The notes under the pieces: generated by a model
Seen by the model: only the letters and a program-made list of their open reading frames with translations
Database searches by the model: none
Told to the model about the DNA's origin: nothing
DNA from: a bacterium
GTDB lineage: Bacteria; Actinomycetota; Acidimicrobiia; Spongiisociales; Spongiisociaceae
Assembly (NCBI GenBank): GCA_028821235.1
Contig: JAPPGV010000128.1
Location: 53,401 to 117,400 of the forward strand
Reading direction: 5' to 3'
Length of the DNA: 64,000 bases
Shown here: positions 1 to 9,095 of the stretch, one piece after another
Numbering within the stretch: position 1 is the stretch's first letter
Layout of the letters: every line of letters starts with the position of its first letter
Position numbers and translations under genes: made by a program

Positions 1-300
1 GTTGGGTGCGCGCAGGGCCCGGCCCCCCACCGACGAGCAGAAGACCTCCCACTCGCCGCCGGGCGAGACCCTGACCACGGTGTTGTCCTGGCTGCACACG
101 TAGCAGTAGCCGTTGCGGTCGAAGGCCAGGCCCGCCGCCATCGCCTCGATCTGGCAGATCACGTCCGGTTGCCGGGATTCGGGGTCGATGACGTAGATCT
201 GGCCGGCCTCTCCACCGGCCCAGATCCGGCCGTCGGGAGCGACGGCCACACACTCCGGATGGTCCAGCCCGGCGCTGTAAACCTCAACCTGGTACCCCAT
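1..300 (-). CDS. SMP-30/gluconolactonase/LRE-family beta-propeller protein (runs off the window's left edge)
   Basis: Manual translation from ATG at 300: MGYQVEVYSAGLDHPECVAVAPDGRIWAGGEAGQIYVID...GLAFDRNGYCYVC...RALRAPN. LDHPECV, GLAFD and PN motifs are typical of the family. Not in the ORF track because it has no stop inside the window. Confidence 0.8.
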   Translation of the reverse strand, partial: MGYQVEVYSAGLDHPECVAVAPDGRIWAGGEAGQIYVIDPESRQPDVICQIEAMAAGLAFDRNGYCYVCSQDNTVVRVSPGGEWEVFCSSVGGRALRAPN

Positions 301-308
301 ACAGCGTC

Positions 309-1244
309 CTATCGGTCGTCCGACAGCGACACTACCAACCATCCCCGGCGAGACTCGCCGCCGGGGAGTACGGGCGCCTGACCCCTGTCCACCGCGGCGG
401 AGAGGCCGTCGGCCGGCCACACGTTGACCGGCTCCACCGCTATCGAGTTCAGCCTTCCGAACCAGGGAAACCGGGTGGCGCCCCGGTTGATCCAGACCCA
501 CGCGTACGGGAATGCATCGGCGCACCACTTCAGCGTGAGGCGGTCCCCTGTATCGGGTCGCAGGAGGTGAGCCTCGGTCTCCTCCGGCTCGGTGATGTAC
601 AGGACCCGCTCCGCGGGATGATCGGGCATCAGGCTCAGGTCGATGCGGGTTCCGTCCCGGCCCTCGGCCCACGGCCAGTCGCCTCCGCAGTCGGGCCCCA
701 GATCGGCCTCGGGAGTGGCGAGACCGGCCTCGCCCCGGTACCGGGCCGCTCCCAACTCCAGGCGGGTACCGGGCGGCGCCGCGAAGGCCGGGTGATGTCC
801 CCAGGCGTAGGCGAAGGCGAGATCCGACGGGTTGTGGATCACCTCTTCGATTTCGAGGCGTGGGCACTCCGGGTCCAGCCGCATCCTCCGTGTCAGCACC
901 AGAGGGGTGTGGGTGTGGCAACGCAGCGTCAGATCGTGTTCGCCGGCGCGATCGACGACCTGCCACGGGGCCACGGAGACCTCACCATGCACCGGATGGG
1001 GAATCCCGTCGAAGGTGCACCCGGCCCCGGCATTCGGGAACATCTCCTGCCATCCACCCCGGTGCTCTGACAGCCAGTCGAGGTCGGCTGAGTGGTAGGC
1101 GCCGCCGGCGCCGGCTCGCAGCGGCCAGTCCGAGTCGATCCATGCCAGGCGGTTGACGCCTCCGGGACGACCCAGCCGGACGATCTCCGCCCCCCTGCTC
1201 TCGTCCACTCCGACCTCGAGATGCTCGGTTCCCAGGCGGATCAC
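309..1244 (-). CDS. Aldose 1-epimerase/galactose mutarotase-like protein
   Basis: GGWQEMFPN, HGEVS..PW and WGHHPAF motifs. Start placed at GTG 1244, which overlaps the stop of the upstream ABC ATPase (GTGA). Confidence 0.7.
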   Translation of the reverse strand: MIRLGTEHLEVGVDESRGAEIVRLGRPGGVNRLAWIDSDWPLRAGAGGAYHSADLDWLSEHRGGWQEMFPNAGAGCTFDGIPHPVHGEVSVAPWQVVDRAGEHDLTLRCHTHTPLVLTRRMRLDPECPRLEIEEVIHNPSDLAFAYAWGHHPAFAAPPGTRLELGAARYRGEAGLATPEADLGPDCGGDWPWAEGRDGTRIDLSLMPDHPAERVLYITEPEETEAHLLRPDTGDRLTLKWCADAFPYAWVWINRGATRFPWFGRLNSIAVEPVNVWPADGLSAAVDRGQAPVLPGGESRRGWLVVSLSDDR

Positions 1245-2254
1245 TGCGCGGCGCCCGGAACGACGATCTGCTCGGGAAAGTGGCAGGCGGTGTGGCCGCT
1301 GCCGGCCAGCCGCTGCTCGAGGCGGGGTGTCTCGGTTGCACACAGGTCCTGCGCCTTCCAGCAACGGGTGCGGAAGCGGCAGGCCGAGGGTGGTTCTATC
1401 GGGCTCGGCACTTCTCCGGACAGCAGGATGCGGCTGCGCTCTTCGCGGGACACCGGTTCGGGCACCGGAACCGCCGACACGAGCGCCTGCGTGTAAGGAT
1501 GGGAGGGCCGGGAGAATACTTCGTCACGGTGCCCCCGCTCGACGATCCTCCCCAGGTACATGACCGCCACCCTCTCGCAGACATGTCTCACCACCGACAG
1601 GTCATGGGCGATGAACAGGTAAGCCAGTCCGAGTTCGTTCTTCAGTTCGATCAGCAGGTTGATTATCTGGGCCTGGATGGACATGTCCAGCGCCGAGACG
1701 GGCTCGTCGAGGACCAGCAGCTTGGGCCGCAGCGCCAGCGCCCGCGCGATGCTTATACGCTGCCGCTGACCCCCCGAGAACTCGTGCGGAAACTTCCTGA
1801 CGTCGCCGGGATCCAACCCCACCAAGTCGAGCAGTTCGACGACTCGCGCCGCGTCCGGTCGGCGCCCTTCGTGGATCAGCAGCGGCTCCGCCACTATGTC
1901 TCCCACCTTCATGCCCGGATTGAGGGAGGCGAACGGGTCTTGGAACACGATCTGCATGTTGCGCCGTAGCGGGCGCATCTCCCGGCGGCCCAGTTCTGTG
2001 ATGTCCCGGCCCATGAAGGCGATCCGTCCACTGGTCGGCGCGAGCAGGCGCAGGATCAGCTTGGCGATGGTCGACTTCCCGCAGCCGGACTCCCCCACCA
2101 GGCCCAAGGCCTCCCCCTCCGCTATGGAGAAGCTCACCCCGTCCACAGCCCGCAGCCACCGCCGACGGCCGAGCGCTCCCTCCATGCGGACGGGATAGTG
2201 CATGACCACATCCTCCACCCGCACCAGGGCATCAGGCACTCCGTTCGAACTCAT
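1241..2254 (-). CDS. Oligopeptide/dipeptide ABC transporter ATP-binding subunit (OppF/AppF type)
   Basis: Walker A GESGCGKST, signature FSGGQRQR, LVLDEP, H-loop IAHD, C-terminal HPYT...C.F..RC...C oligo_HPY domain. Start inferred at ATG 2254. Confidence 0.92.
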   Translation of the reverse strand: MSSNGVPDALVRVEDVVMHYPVRMEGALGRRRWLRAVDGVSFSIAEGEALGLVGESGCGKSTIAKLILRLLAPTSGRIAFMGRDITELGRREMRPLRRNMQIVFQDPFASLNPGMKVGDIVAEPLLIHEGRRPDAARVVELLDLVGLDPGDVRKFPHEFSGGQRQRISIARALALRPKLLVLDEPVSALDMSIQAQIINLLIELKNELGLAYLFIAHDLSVVRHVCERVAVMYLGRIVERGHRDEVFSRPSHPYTQALVSAVPVPEPVSREERSRILLSGEVPSPIEPPSACRFRTRCWKAQDLCATETPRLEQRLAGSGHTACHFPEQIVVPGAAQ

Positions 2255-2476
2255 CCGGCCGGAGCGTAGTGGGCTGCCTCCTTGCTGGTGGAGTGGAGCG
2301 TACGATCCCAGACGCGACTGTGCCGTACTATCAGTAGGCAACGCAGTAGAACACATCTGTAGCTTGCAAACATCCGTGCTTGGGCTCGGATCTCCTCGCT
2401 TCTACTTCGTGGGAGTCCCCCGTCGGCGCGACCGCGAAATCCGAACCGCACTACCGAGGCCGGACACTGCCTTGAT

Positions 2477-2525
2477 CTAACGCTAACCATCGATCACCAA
2501 CTACTGACTACCAACGACCGACTAG
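2477..2525. repeat. Degenerate 7-bp tandem repeat array (7 units)
   Basis: ctaacgc-taaccat-cgatcac-caactac-tgactac-caacgac-cgactag; intergenic. Confidence 0.6.
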
Positions 2526-2554
2526 GAACCAATCGTCTTCCGTTGATCCTCTGC

Positions 2555-4540
2555 CTAAAGAAATCCTTCGGGTAGGCAGAGCAGGAAGTCGAACAACAAC
2601 TCGCCGAAGTCCTCCGGTTCGGTCACCGAATCCGAGACAATCGCGGCGAGGAATTCGGCGCCTCCCTCGCCCGCGAACACCTCCCGCAGACAGGCGACGT
2701 GGTCGGCTTCGAATAGCACCTGTTCCTGGGCCGAACGGGCCACGATCGCGGCAATCATGAGTTCCATCGCAGTGTCATGGTGGAGGCACCGGAGAACACC
2801 GGGAATCTCTTCGTCGAAGCCTCCGCCGACCACCGTCGACGCTAGAAAACCCTCCAAGAGAGCGACATCGCCCAGTTCTTCCCTGGTGCAGTCCTGCTCG
2901 AGAGTCGTGAAGACCTCGAACACCTCCCGCCAGGTGGTTTCGCCATCCAGATCGAACTGCAGCCCGAGGGTGGGCTCGCCACCGACACGGGACCCGCCGA
3001 CCTCGCCTTCCGCCGCCGGTTCCGCGTAGTCAACTCCTAGAAAGTAGGCGCCGCCGTCGGCCACCGGATCATTCACCGCTACCAAGTACCGGCCGGTGGT
3101 CGGCGCCGTGAACACCAACTCGGCATTGGTGTGGTTTCCGAACAGGGGAGGCCCGCTGTCATCGTCCGCCACCATTTCTTGAAAGCTCCCGCCGGCCTGG
3201 CCCACATAGATGGCGGTATCGGTGGCTATCGCCTCGGTCCAGAACACCACGGTCTCACCCTCGAAGAGTTCGATCGAGTACCAGTCGGTGTCGGCATAGT
3301 GGTCGATGACTCCCGCCACCGACCCGCCCACGCTCAGGACCTGTCCGTCGTCGTAATCCATGAAGGGCGCCAGCGGGACGTTGCTCTCCAGCGTGAAACT
3401 GGACGCCTCGTCCAGGGTGTCCCCCAAGTTCTGGACCACTACGAAGTGAGGACCGTCCACCTCCAACTCCGCCGTCCCGTGCTCGAGGCCACCGTAAGTG
3501 TCGTCGACGTCCAAGACCAGACCGGAGGGACCCACCACCAGCAGAATGCCGTCGCTCGGCCCGTCGATCCGGATATCAAGGATCGAACCGGCCTCTCCTT
3601 CAAACACAAGGAACGCGCTATCCAGGGAGTTCTCCAACTCCAACACGAACTCGGTGGCTCCCGTCCCGCCTGGGATGACACCCCAGGGCCCGAACTCCTC
3701 GAGATCCTCGATCAGCCACAGCAAGATCTCGACGTCGTCGGCCGCCGACGTAGCCAGCGCGAACCCGGCGTCCCCGAAGTGCCATGTTGAGACGCCGACA
3801 ACCTCCCCTGAAGAGTTCACCAGCGCTCCACCACTCTGACCGCCGGCCATGTCCGCGTCCGTTTGCAGAAGCGTCAGGCCATACAGCTCCCATTCACGAA
3901 CGCGGGACAGGACGCCCCGGGTGATGGTGGGCTCGGGGAACAGGTCGGTCTCGGCGCGATAGCCGATCAGATGGACCTCGCTGCCAGGTGGCATTCCCTC
4001 ACCGTCCGACAGGTCAAGATAAGGGAGAGAAACGTCCACCGGACCGAGCAACGCCAGGTCGGCGAAGGCGTCCCAAGCCAGGACAGGCACATCCGCGAAC
4101 TCGGTCCCGTCGGGAAAGACCACCCGGACCCTCTCATATGGCCACACCACGTGATAGTTGGTCACCACCAGGCCCCCCTCGACCAGGATGCCGCTCCCGG
4201 TACCCACCGGCGTCTCCACCACCGGTATGGACGGCGCCACCAGGCCATAGATCTCCTCGGAAGACAACGCCGCCCTGACTGTCGCCGACGGGAGACTCTC
4301 GGGCTCGACCGTCGTCGGCGCGGCGGCCTCGGGCTCGATCCTTGTCGATAGAGAAGTCCCGGGCTCAGGGGAAGCAACCGTTTGGGAGACAGTCGTGGAT
4401 GTCCGCTCTGTAGGAACGCCGTGGGAATCGGACTGTCCGCCGCATCCGCCCAGCACCAGAACGGCGACCAGCCACACCGAGCCGACCAGCCCCGACGGAA
4501 CGGGAACGCAAACGCGGTCTCTCTCGGAACTTTCCACCAC
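2555..4540 (-). CDS. Lipoprotein trypsin-like (S1C) serine protease with PPC-like domains and acidic C-terminal region
   Basis: Lipobox-like LVLGGC; catalytic triad TNYHVV / ADLALL / GQSGGAL; PPC-like DTDWYSIEL and ADDDSG segments. Exact start uncertain. Confidence 0.8.
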   Translation of the reverse strand: MVESSERDRVCVPVPSGLVGSVWLVAVLVLGGCGGQSDSHGVPTERTSTTVSQTVASPEPGTSLSTRIEPEAAAPTTVEPESLPSATVRAALSSEEIYGLVAPSIPVVETPVGTGSGILVEGGLVVTNYHVVWPYERVRVVFPDGTEFADVPVLAWDAFADLALLGPVDVSLPYLDLSDGEGMPPGSEVHLIGYRAETDLFPEPTITRGVLSRVREWELYGLTLLQTDADMAGGQSGGALVNSSGEVVGVSTWHFGDAGFALATSAADDVEILLWLIEDLEEFGPWGVIPGGTGATEFVLELENSLDSAFLVFEGEAGSILDIRIDGPSDGILLVVGPSGLVLDVDDTYGGLEHGTAELEVDGPHFVVVQNLGDTLDEASSFTLESNVPLAPFMDYDDGQVLSVGGSVAGVIDHYADTDWYSIELFEGETVVFWTEAIATDTAIYVGQAGGSFQEMVADDDSGPPLFGNHTNAELVFTAPTTGRYLVAVNDPVADGGAYFLGVDYAEPAAEGEVGGSRVGGEPTLGLQFDLDGETTWREVFEVFTTLEQDCTREELGDVALLEGFLASTVVGGGFDEEIPGVLRCLHHDTAMELMIAAIVARSAQEQVLFEADHVACLREVFAGEGGAEFLAAIVSDSVTEPEDFGELLFDFLLCLPEGFL

Positions 4541-4878
4541 GAGCCCGCCTCCTCGAAAGTAACTAATGCATGCTCGAATTCCGGACGTGATGAGTGTACA
4601 GATCTATACAGTCATAGTCCCTGGCTCTACGCATAACTCACTTCGCCACGGACCTCGCCCCTCCCTCCGGCTAGCCCCTGGAGTTGCTGCTCGAAGACGG
4701 TCCTGCCGCGGTCGCCAAGCGGCTCGACACCGTGGACAAGGGGCTCGACACTCTCGAGGAAGATCAACGAGCGACCCTCGGGCAGGCTCACGCCGCCGTC
4801 GCAGGCCACCGCCTCCGAGACCCCCAGTCCGCGGATGGCAGGCGCACGTCGCACAAGCTCGCCCCACGTCCACAGGTG

Positions 4879-4910
4879 TACAATCGCCCCACCGACAGGA
4901 GGGGATCACG
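4879..4910 (+). promoter_or_regulatory. -10 element (TACAAT), Shine-Dalgarno (AGGAGG) and probable non-canonical ACG start
   Basis: TACAAT 4879-4884, AGGAGG 4897-4902, in-frame ACG 4908-4910. Confidence 0.45.
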
Positions 4911-6671
4911 GGCAACCCGAGCGAGATAACCGGCGCAGCCTCCCTCGTCCGCGCCCTGGAGCGGGTACGGATCGACACGGTCTTCGGGCTGGTGGGGCAC
5001 GGGAATCTGGCCTTCGTGGACGCCCTGCAGGACAGCGACACGATCGACTACGTCACCGTGTTCCACGAGCAGGTGGCCGCCCACGCCGCCGATGCGTACT
5101 TCCGGGCGAGCGGACGGATCGCGGTGGTGACCACCACGGTAGGACCGGGGTTCACCAACCTGATGACCGGACTCGGGGACGCCATGCTCGACTCCTCGGC
5201 CCTGGTCGTGATCGCCGGTGGGATGCCGAGCGCCTACGTGGGCAAGGAACCGCTCCAAGAACTCTCCTACTCCATCGACAACGCCCAACTCGACATCGCC
5301 CGACCGCTCACCAAGCGGATTATGCTCGCCACAGGCGCAGCCGAGTTGGCCAACCAGTTCCACCGAGCCGTCCGCTACGCCCTCACCGGGTGTCCGGGTC
5401 CGGTCGTGCTGCAGGTTCCGCTCGACTTCTTCTCGGATTGGGTGGACCCGTCGGTGGCCACGCTCCGGCCTACCCGACCCGGGCGGAGCGGGCCAGACTC
5501 CGCCGAGGTGGGGAGAGCCGCCGACCTGATCGCCCGGGCCGAGCGTCCCCTCGTATTCGCGGGCGGCGGTGCGATCATCTCGCGAGCCTCCACCGCCCTG
5601 ACCCGGCTCGCCGACGGGTTCGGCATGCCGGTGGCCACCACCATGAGCGGCCAGGGCGCCATCAGCGAGGATCATCCCCTTTCCATCGGGTACACAGGTG
5701 TGGTGGGAACCAGGCCGGGTAACAACGCCGCTAGGAGAGCCGACCTCCTGCTGGCGGTGGGTACCCGATTCCCGGAGATGGACTGCAACAACTGGCGCCC
5801 GGACTACTTCACCCCGATTCCACCGAGCCGGTTGATCCACATCGACATCGACCCGAACCAGATCGGAAAGATCTACCCCACCGACGTGGCTCTCGTCGGC
5901 GACGCCCGCCGGTCTCTCGAAGACCTGGCCGCCGCTCTGGAGAGCCGCCTCGACGGCGGGGACCGGTGGGGTGACTGGCACGCGGAACTCGCACACGAGA
6001 AGCAGACCTGGGCGGACGACCTCCACGATGTCCGAACCACACCCAGCTTCCCCTACGAACCCGCCTACCTCGGGACCGTGCTGCGGGGGCTGCTGCCGCC
6101 CGAGACGATCCTGATCACCGGCGTGGGCATCCGCCACGCGATCGGGCAGCATTACCCCTTCCTGAATGAGGGCACCCAGGTCGTCGCCAGCGGGTTCGGC
6201 ACGATGGGACAGGAGGTCGCCGCTCCGATCGGCGTACGGCTCGCCCGGCGCGATGTGCCGGTGGTCGGCCTCGTAGGTGATGGGGCGGTGATGGCTTGCT
6301 TGGCGGCGCTGCCCACCGCGGTGGCAGCGAACATCGACGTGGTCTGGTTGATCGCCAACAACACCGGATACGCCTCGATCGCCTTGTACCAGACCAAGCA
6401 CTACGGGCGGGACGCCGGCACCTACTTCAAGGACTCGGAAGGGGTCACCTACGACCTCGACTACGTGGCCTTCGCCCGCTCGTTCGGCGCACGAGCGGAG
6501 CGGGTAACCGATCCCGCCGACTTCCCGGGGCTGCTCGCCACGGCCCTGGAGGAGCGCGGCACTTGGGTTCTGGAACTCCCGGTCACGCCGTACCCGCGCA
6601 TAATCGGATCGGGCCATTGGGACGTCAACGACATACTTGCAGCCGGCACCGAAAGGGGTCGGAGAGCCTGA
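4908..6671 (+). CDS. Thiamine-diphosphate-dependent enzyme (acetolactate synthase-like family)
   Basis: FGLVGHGN, HEQVAAHAADAY, GFGTMG and GDG...NN ThDP motif. The ORF track's 5' extension from 4566 looks non-coding; start inferred at 4908. Confidence 0.88.
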   Translation, partial: TGNPSEITGAASLVRALERVRIDTVFGLVGHGNLAFVDALQDSDTIDYVTVFHEQVAAHAADAYFRASGRIAVVTTTVGPGFTNLMTGLGDAMLDSSALVVIAGGMPSAYVGKEPLQELSYSIDNAQLDIARPLTKRIMLATGAAELANQFHRAVRYALTGCPGPVVLQVPLDFFSDWVDPSVATLRPTRPGRSGPDSAEVGRAADLIARAERPLVFAGGGAIISRASTALTRLADGFGMPVATTMSGQGAISEDHPLSIGYTGVVGTRPGNNAARRADLLLAVGTRFPEMDCNNWRPDYFTPIPPSRLIHIDIDPNQIGKIYPTDVALVGDARRSLEDLAAALESRLDGGDRWGDWHAELAHEKQTWADDLHDVRTTPSFPYEPAYLGTVLRGLLPPETILITGVGIRHAIGQHYPFLNEGTQVVASGFGTMGQEVAAPIGVRLARRDVPVVGLVGDGAVMACLAALPTAVAANIDVVWLIANNTGYASIALYQTKHYGRDAGTYFKDSEGVTYDLDYVAFARSFGARAERVTDPADFPGLLATALEERGTWVLELPVTPYPRIIGSGHWDVNDILAAGTERGRRA

Positions 6672-6718
6672 GAACCTCCGCCGCCGGCGCGTTCGGACCT
6701 ATCAAGGAGGGTGTGTAA

Positions 6719-7684
6719 GTGAGCGGATCGGGCCTGATACGGACCGTTCGGGGCGACGTACCACGCGAACCGTGGGGGATCACCAACGCCCACGCCCACC
6801 TGGTTGGCGGTGCCGACACCTCCAAACCGCCGTTCGACACAACGGACGCCTCCGAACTGATCATGACCCTCGACGACAGCCTCCCCGAGTTGGAGCACTT
6901 CGCCCGTGCGGGAGGTTTCTGCCTTGTCGATCTGACCCCGGCGGGTATGGGCCGTGACCCGGCGGCTCTCGTTCGGGCCTCGGAGCAGGCCGGGATGCAC
7001 ATCGTGATGGGAACCGGCATCTATCACGAGGCCCACCATCCCGAGTCGATTGCCTCCCTGCGCGATACCGGTGTAGCCGAGATCCTCGTCCGGGAGATAA
7101 CCCAGGGCGTGGACGGCACGACGGTGCGGGCAGGGATAATCGGAGAGCAGGGAACCTTCACCGGCCCGATGACCGACCGTGAGAAGGTGGTGTTCCGGGC
7201 CTCGGCGATGGCGGCGATCGAGACCGGTGTAGCGGTTACCACACATACCCATCTCGGAGTCAACGCGTTGGACCAGATCGATGTCCTGACGTCCCAGGGA
7301 CTCTCCCCGGACCGGATCGTCATCGGTCATCTGGACGACGGCGAGCCCGACCTCGACCTGATACGTGAGATCATCAAGCGCGGTGCGTGGGCGCAGTTCG
7401 ACGACATCGGTTACGAGTACTACACCGAACGGCTCAAGATCCAGATGACAACCGACGTGGTCCGGGCGCGCAAGCTGCTCCAACTGGCGGAGGAAGGTCT
7501 GGCAGGCCAGGTGATCCTCGCCAGCGACTTCGGGATGCAGCGCCACCTCCAGACGAGGGGCGGACCCGGGCTCGTGGTACTCGCCGACGGGTTCCGCAGG
7601 ACGGCGCTGGAAGTGGGGGTCCCTGAGGAAGTGCTCGACCAGTGCATGATCACCAACCCGGCGACCATCCTGACCATGCAGTGA
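6719..7684 (+). CDS. Phosphotriesterase-family (PHP-like) amidohydrolase, copy 1
   Basis: HAH, IIGEQG, TTHT, IGHLD and ASD metal ligands; preceded by AAGGAGG. Confidence 0.88.
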   Translation: MSGSGLIRTVRGDVPREPWGITNAHAHLVGGADTSKPPFDTTDASELIMTLDDSLPELEHFARAGGFCLVDLTPAGMGRDPAALVRASEQAGMHIVMGTGIYHEAHHPESIASLRDTGVAEILVREITQGVDGTTVRAGIIGEQGTFTGPMTDREKVVFRASAMAAIETGVAVTTHTHLGVNALDQIDVLTSQGLSPDRIVIGHLDDGEPDLDLIREIIKRGAWAQFDDIGYEYYTERLKIQMTTDVVRARKLLQLAEEGLAGQVILASDFGMQRHLQTRGGPGLVVLADGFRRTALEVGVPEEVLDQCMITNPATILTMQ

Positions 7685-7794
7685 GGTGTCCCGCCCCTGA
7701 TCCGGCGCGGCGCCAAGTCCTGGCACCGCACACAGCCCATCGCATCACACGCCGGGCGCCGGGAGCCGCCTGCGGGGCTTGTCGCACAAGGGGG

Positions 7795-7823
7795 TTGAAC
7801 CTGTCACACCACTACCCCATACT
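7795..7823 (+). promoter_or_regulatory. Sigma70-type promoter TTGAAC-N17-CATACT
   Basis: Near-consensus hexamers with 17-nt spacing in the 436-bp gap before PTE copy 2. Confidence 0.55.
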
Positions 7824-8120
7824 TGACGGGTACCAAGCACCCAAGCGGTCGGGACAACGGTACCGCCCGGACCGCCGGAGGGAACAGGACATCGGAGCCA
7901 CAGCCCGCTCAGGGACCGGCGAGACACGCTCCGAACCCAGGAACGGTGGTGGCGGGGGTGGGCCCTGTGGGCGACACCGAAGCGACATTTTTCGCGACTT
8001 TTCGACGCCCCTGGTCGGTAGCCCGGGTTTGGCTGATCGAGCAGGCATGTATGGCGGGTCTGGCAGGAGCCGGGTCCGGCGCTCGGCTGGGGCGTCCGTC
8101 CCCGGGGGAGGACCGGGGCC

Positions 8121-9095
8121 GTGAGCGCGAAGGGTCTTGTCCGAACAGTGCGGGGGGACGTCCCGGCCTCCGGATGGGGCTTGACCAACGCTCACGCCCA
8201 TCTCTCCCTGGGCATGGAGGAGCAGGGACATCCGGCCTGGAGCGAGACCGCCGATCGTTACGAGGACCACACGCTGTCCATCGAGGACACATTGCCGGAA
8301 TTGGAGGCCTACGCCCGGGCCGGAGGTACCTGCCTGGTCGAGTTGACCCCCATGGGTATGGGGCGCAACCCCACCGCCCTGGCCCACGCCTCCGAGGAGA
8401 CCGGCGTACACATCGTGATGGGAACCGGCGTCTACCACGAGCCGTTCCATCCTGACCGGATCGCCGGCATGGCCGACACGCAGATCGCCGAAGTCATGAT
8501 CCGGGAGATCCGCGAAGGAGTGGACGGCACTGGGATCAGGGCGGGGATCATCGGCGAGCAGGGAACCTACCAGGGACCGATGACCGAGCGCGAGGCGACC
8601 GTCTTCCGGGCATCCGCCATGGCGGCTCTCGAAACCGGTGTGGCGGTGTCCACGCACACCTACCTCGGACGCAACGCCCTCGACCAGATCGACGTGCTCA
8701 CCTCCGTCGGGTTGGATCCCGAGCGCATCGTCATCGGCCATCTCGACGACACGGAACCGGACCCGACCCTGTTCCGCGAGATCATCCAACGCGGCGCCTA
8801 CGCTCAGTTCGACACCATCGGTTACGAGTACTACACCGAGACGCTGGGCGTGCAGATGACCACCGACCGGGTGCGTGCCAGAACGCTGCGAGAACTGGCG
8901 GAGGAAGGACTCGCCCACAGGATCATCGTTGCTAGCGACCTCTGCCGGAAACGCCACCTCACGGTTAACGGAGGTCCGGGGCTCGCCCATCTGGTAACCG
9001 GATTCCGGACCCTGGCGCGCGAGGAGGGTGTTCCCGACGGCGTGCTCGACCTGTGCATGATCACCAACCCGGCCCAGATCCTGGCGATGGTCTGA
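8121..9095 (+). CDS. Phosphotriesterase-family (PHP-like) amidohydrolase, copy 2
   Basis: HAH, IIGEQG, STHT, IGHLD, ASD; visibly paralogous to copy 1. Confidence 0.88.
   Translation: MSAKGLVRTVRGDVPASGWGLTNAHAHLSLGMEEQGHPAWSETADRYEDHTLSIEDTLPELEAYARAGGTCLVELTPMGMGRNPTALAHASEETGVHIVMGTGVYHEPFHPDRIAGMADTQIAEVMIREIREGVDGTGIRAGIIGEQGTYQGPMTEREATVFRASAMAALETGVAVSTHTYLGRNALDQIDVLTSVGLDPERIVIGHLDDTEPDPTLFREIIQRGAYAQFDTIGYEYYTETLGVQMTTDRVRARTLRELAEEGLAHRIIVASDLCRKRHLTVNGGPGLAHLVTGFRTLAREEGVPDGVLDLCMITNPAQILAMV

Noticed and set aside
4566-4907. 114-aa N-terminal extension of the ThDP enzyme ORF
   Set aside because: Low-complexity Arg/Pro-rich translation upstream of a clear promoter and SD; looks like an open frame in GC-rich DNA.
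4684-4929. Short ORF with coiled-coil-like KRLDTVDKGLDTLEEDQ
   Set aside because: No SD or recognisable family; possibly a gene remnant but not supportable.
4788-6617. Long antisense ORFs (also 6461-7726, 13470-14387, 21084-22949, 44526-45839, 48260-49672)
   Set aside because: Shadow frames opposite well-supported genes, expected with high GC codon bias.
7950-8010. Similarity to 20533-20590 (GGGGGTGGG...GCGAC...TTTTCGCG)
   Set aside because: Too short and gapped to call a repeat family by eye.
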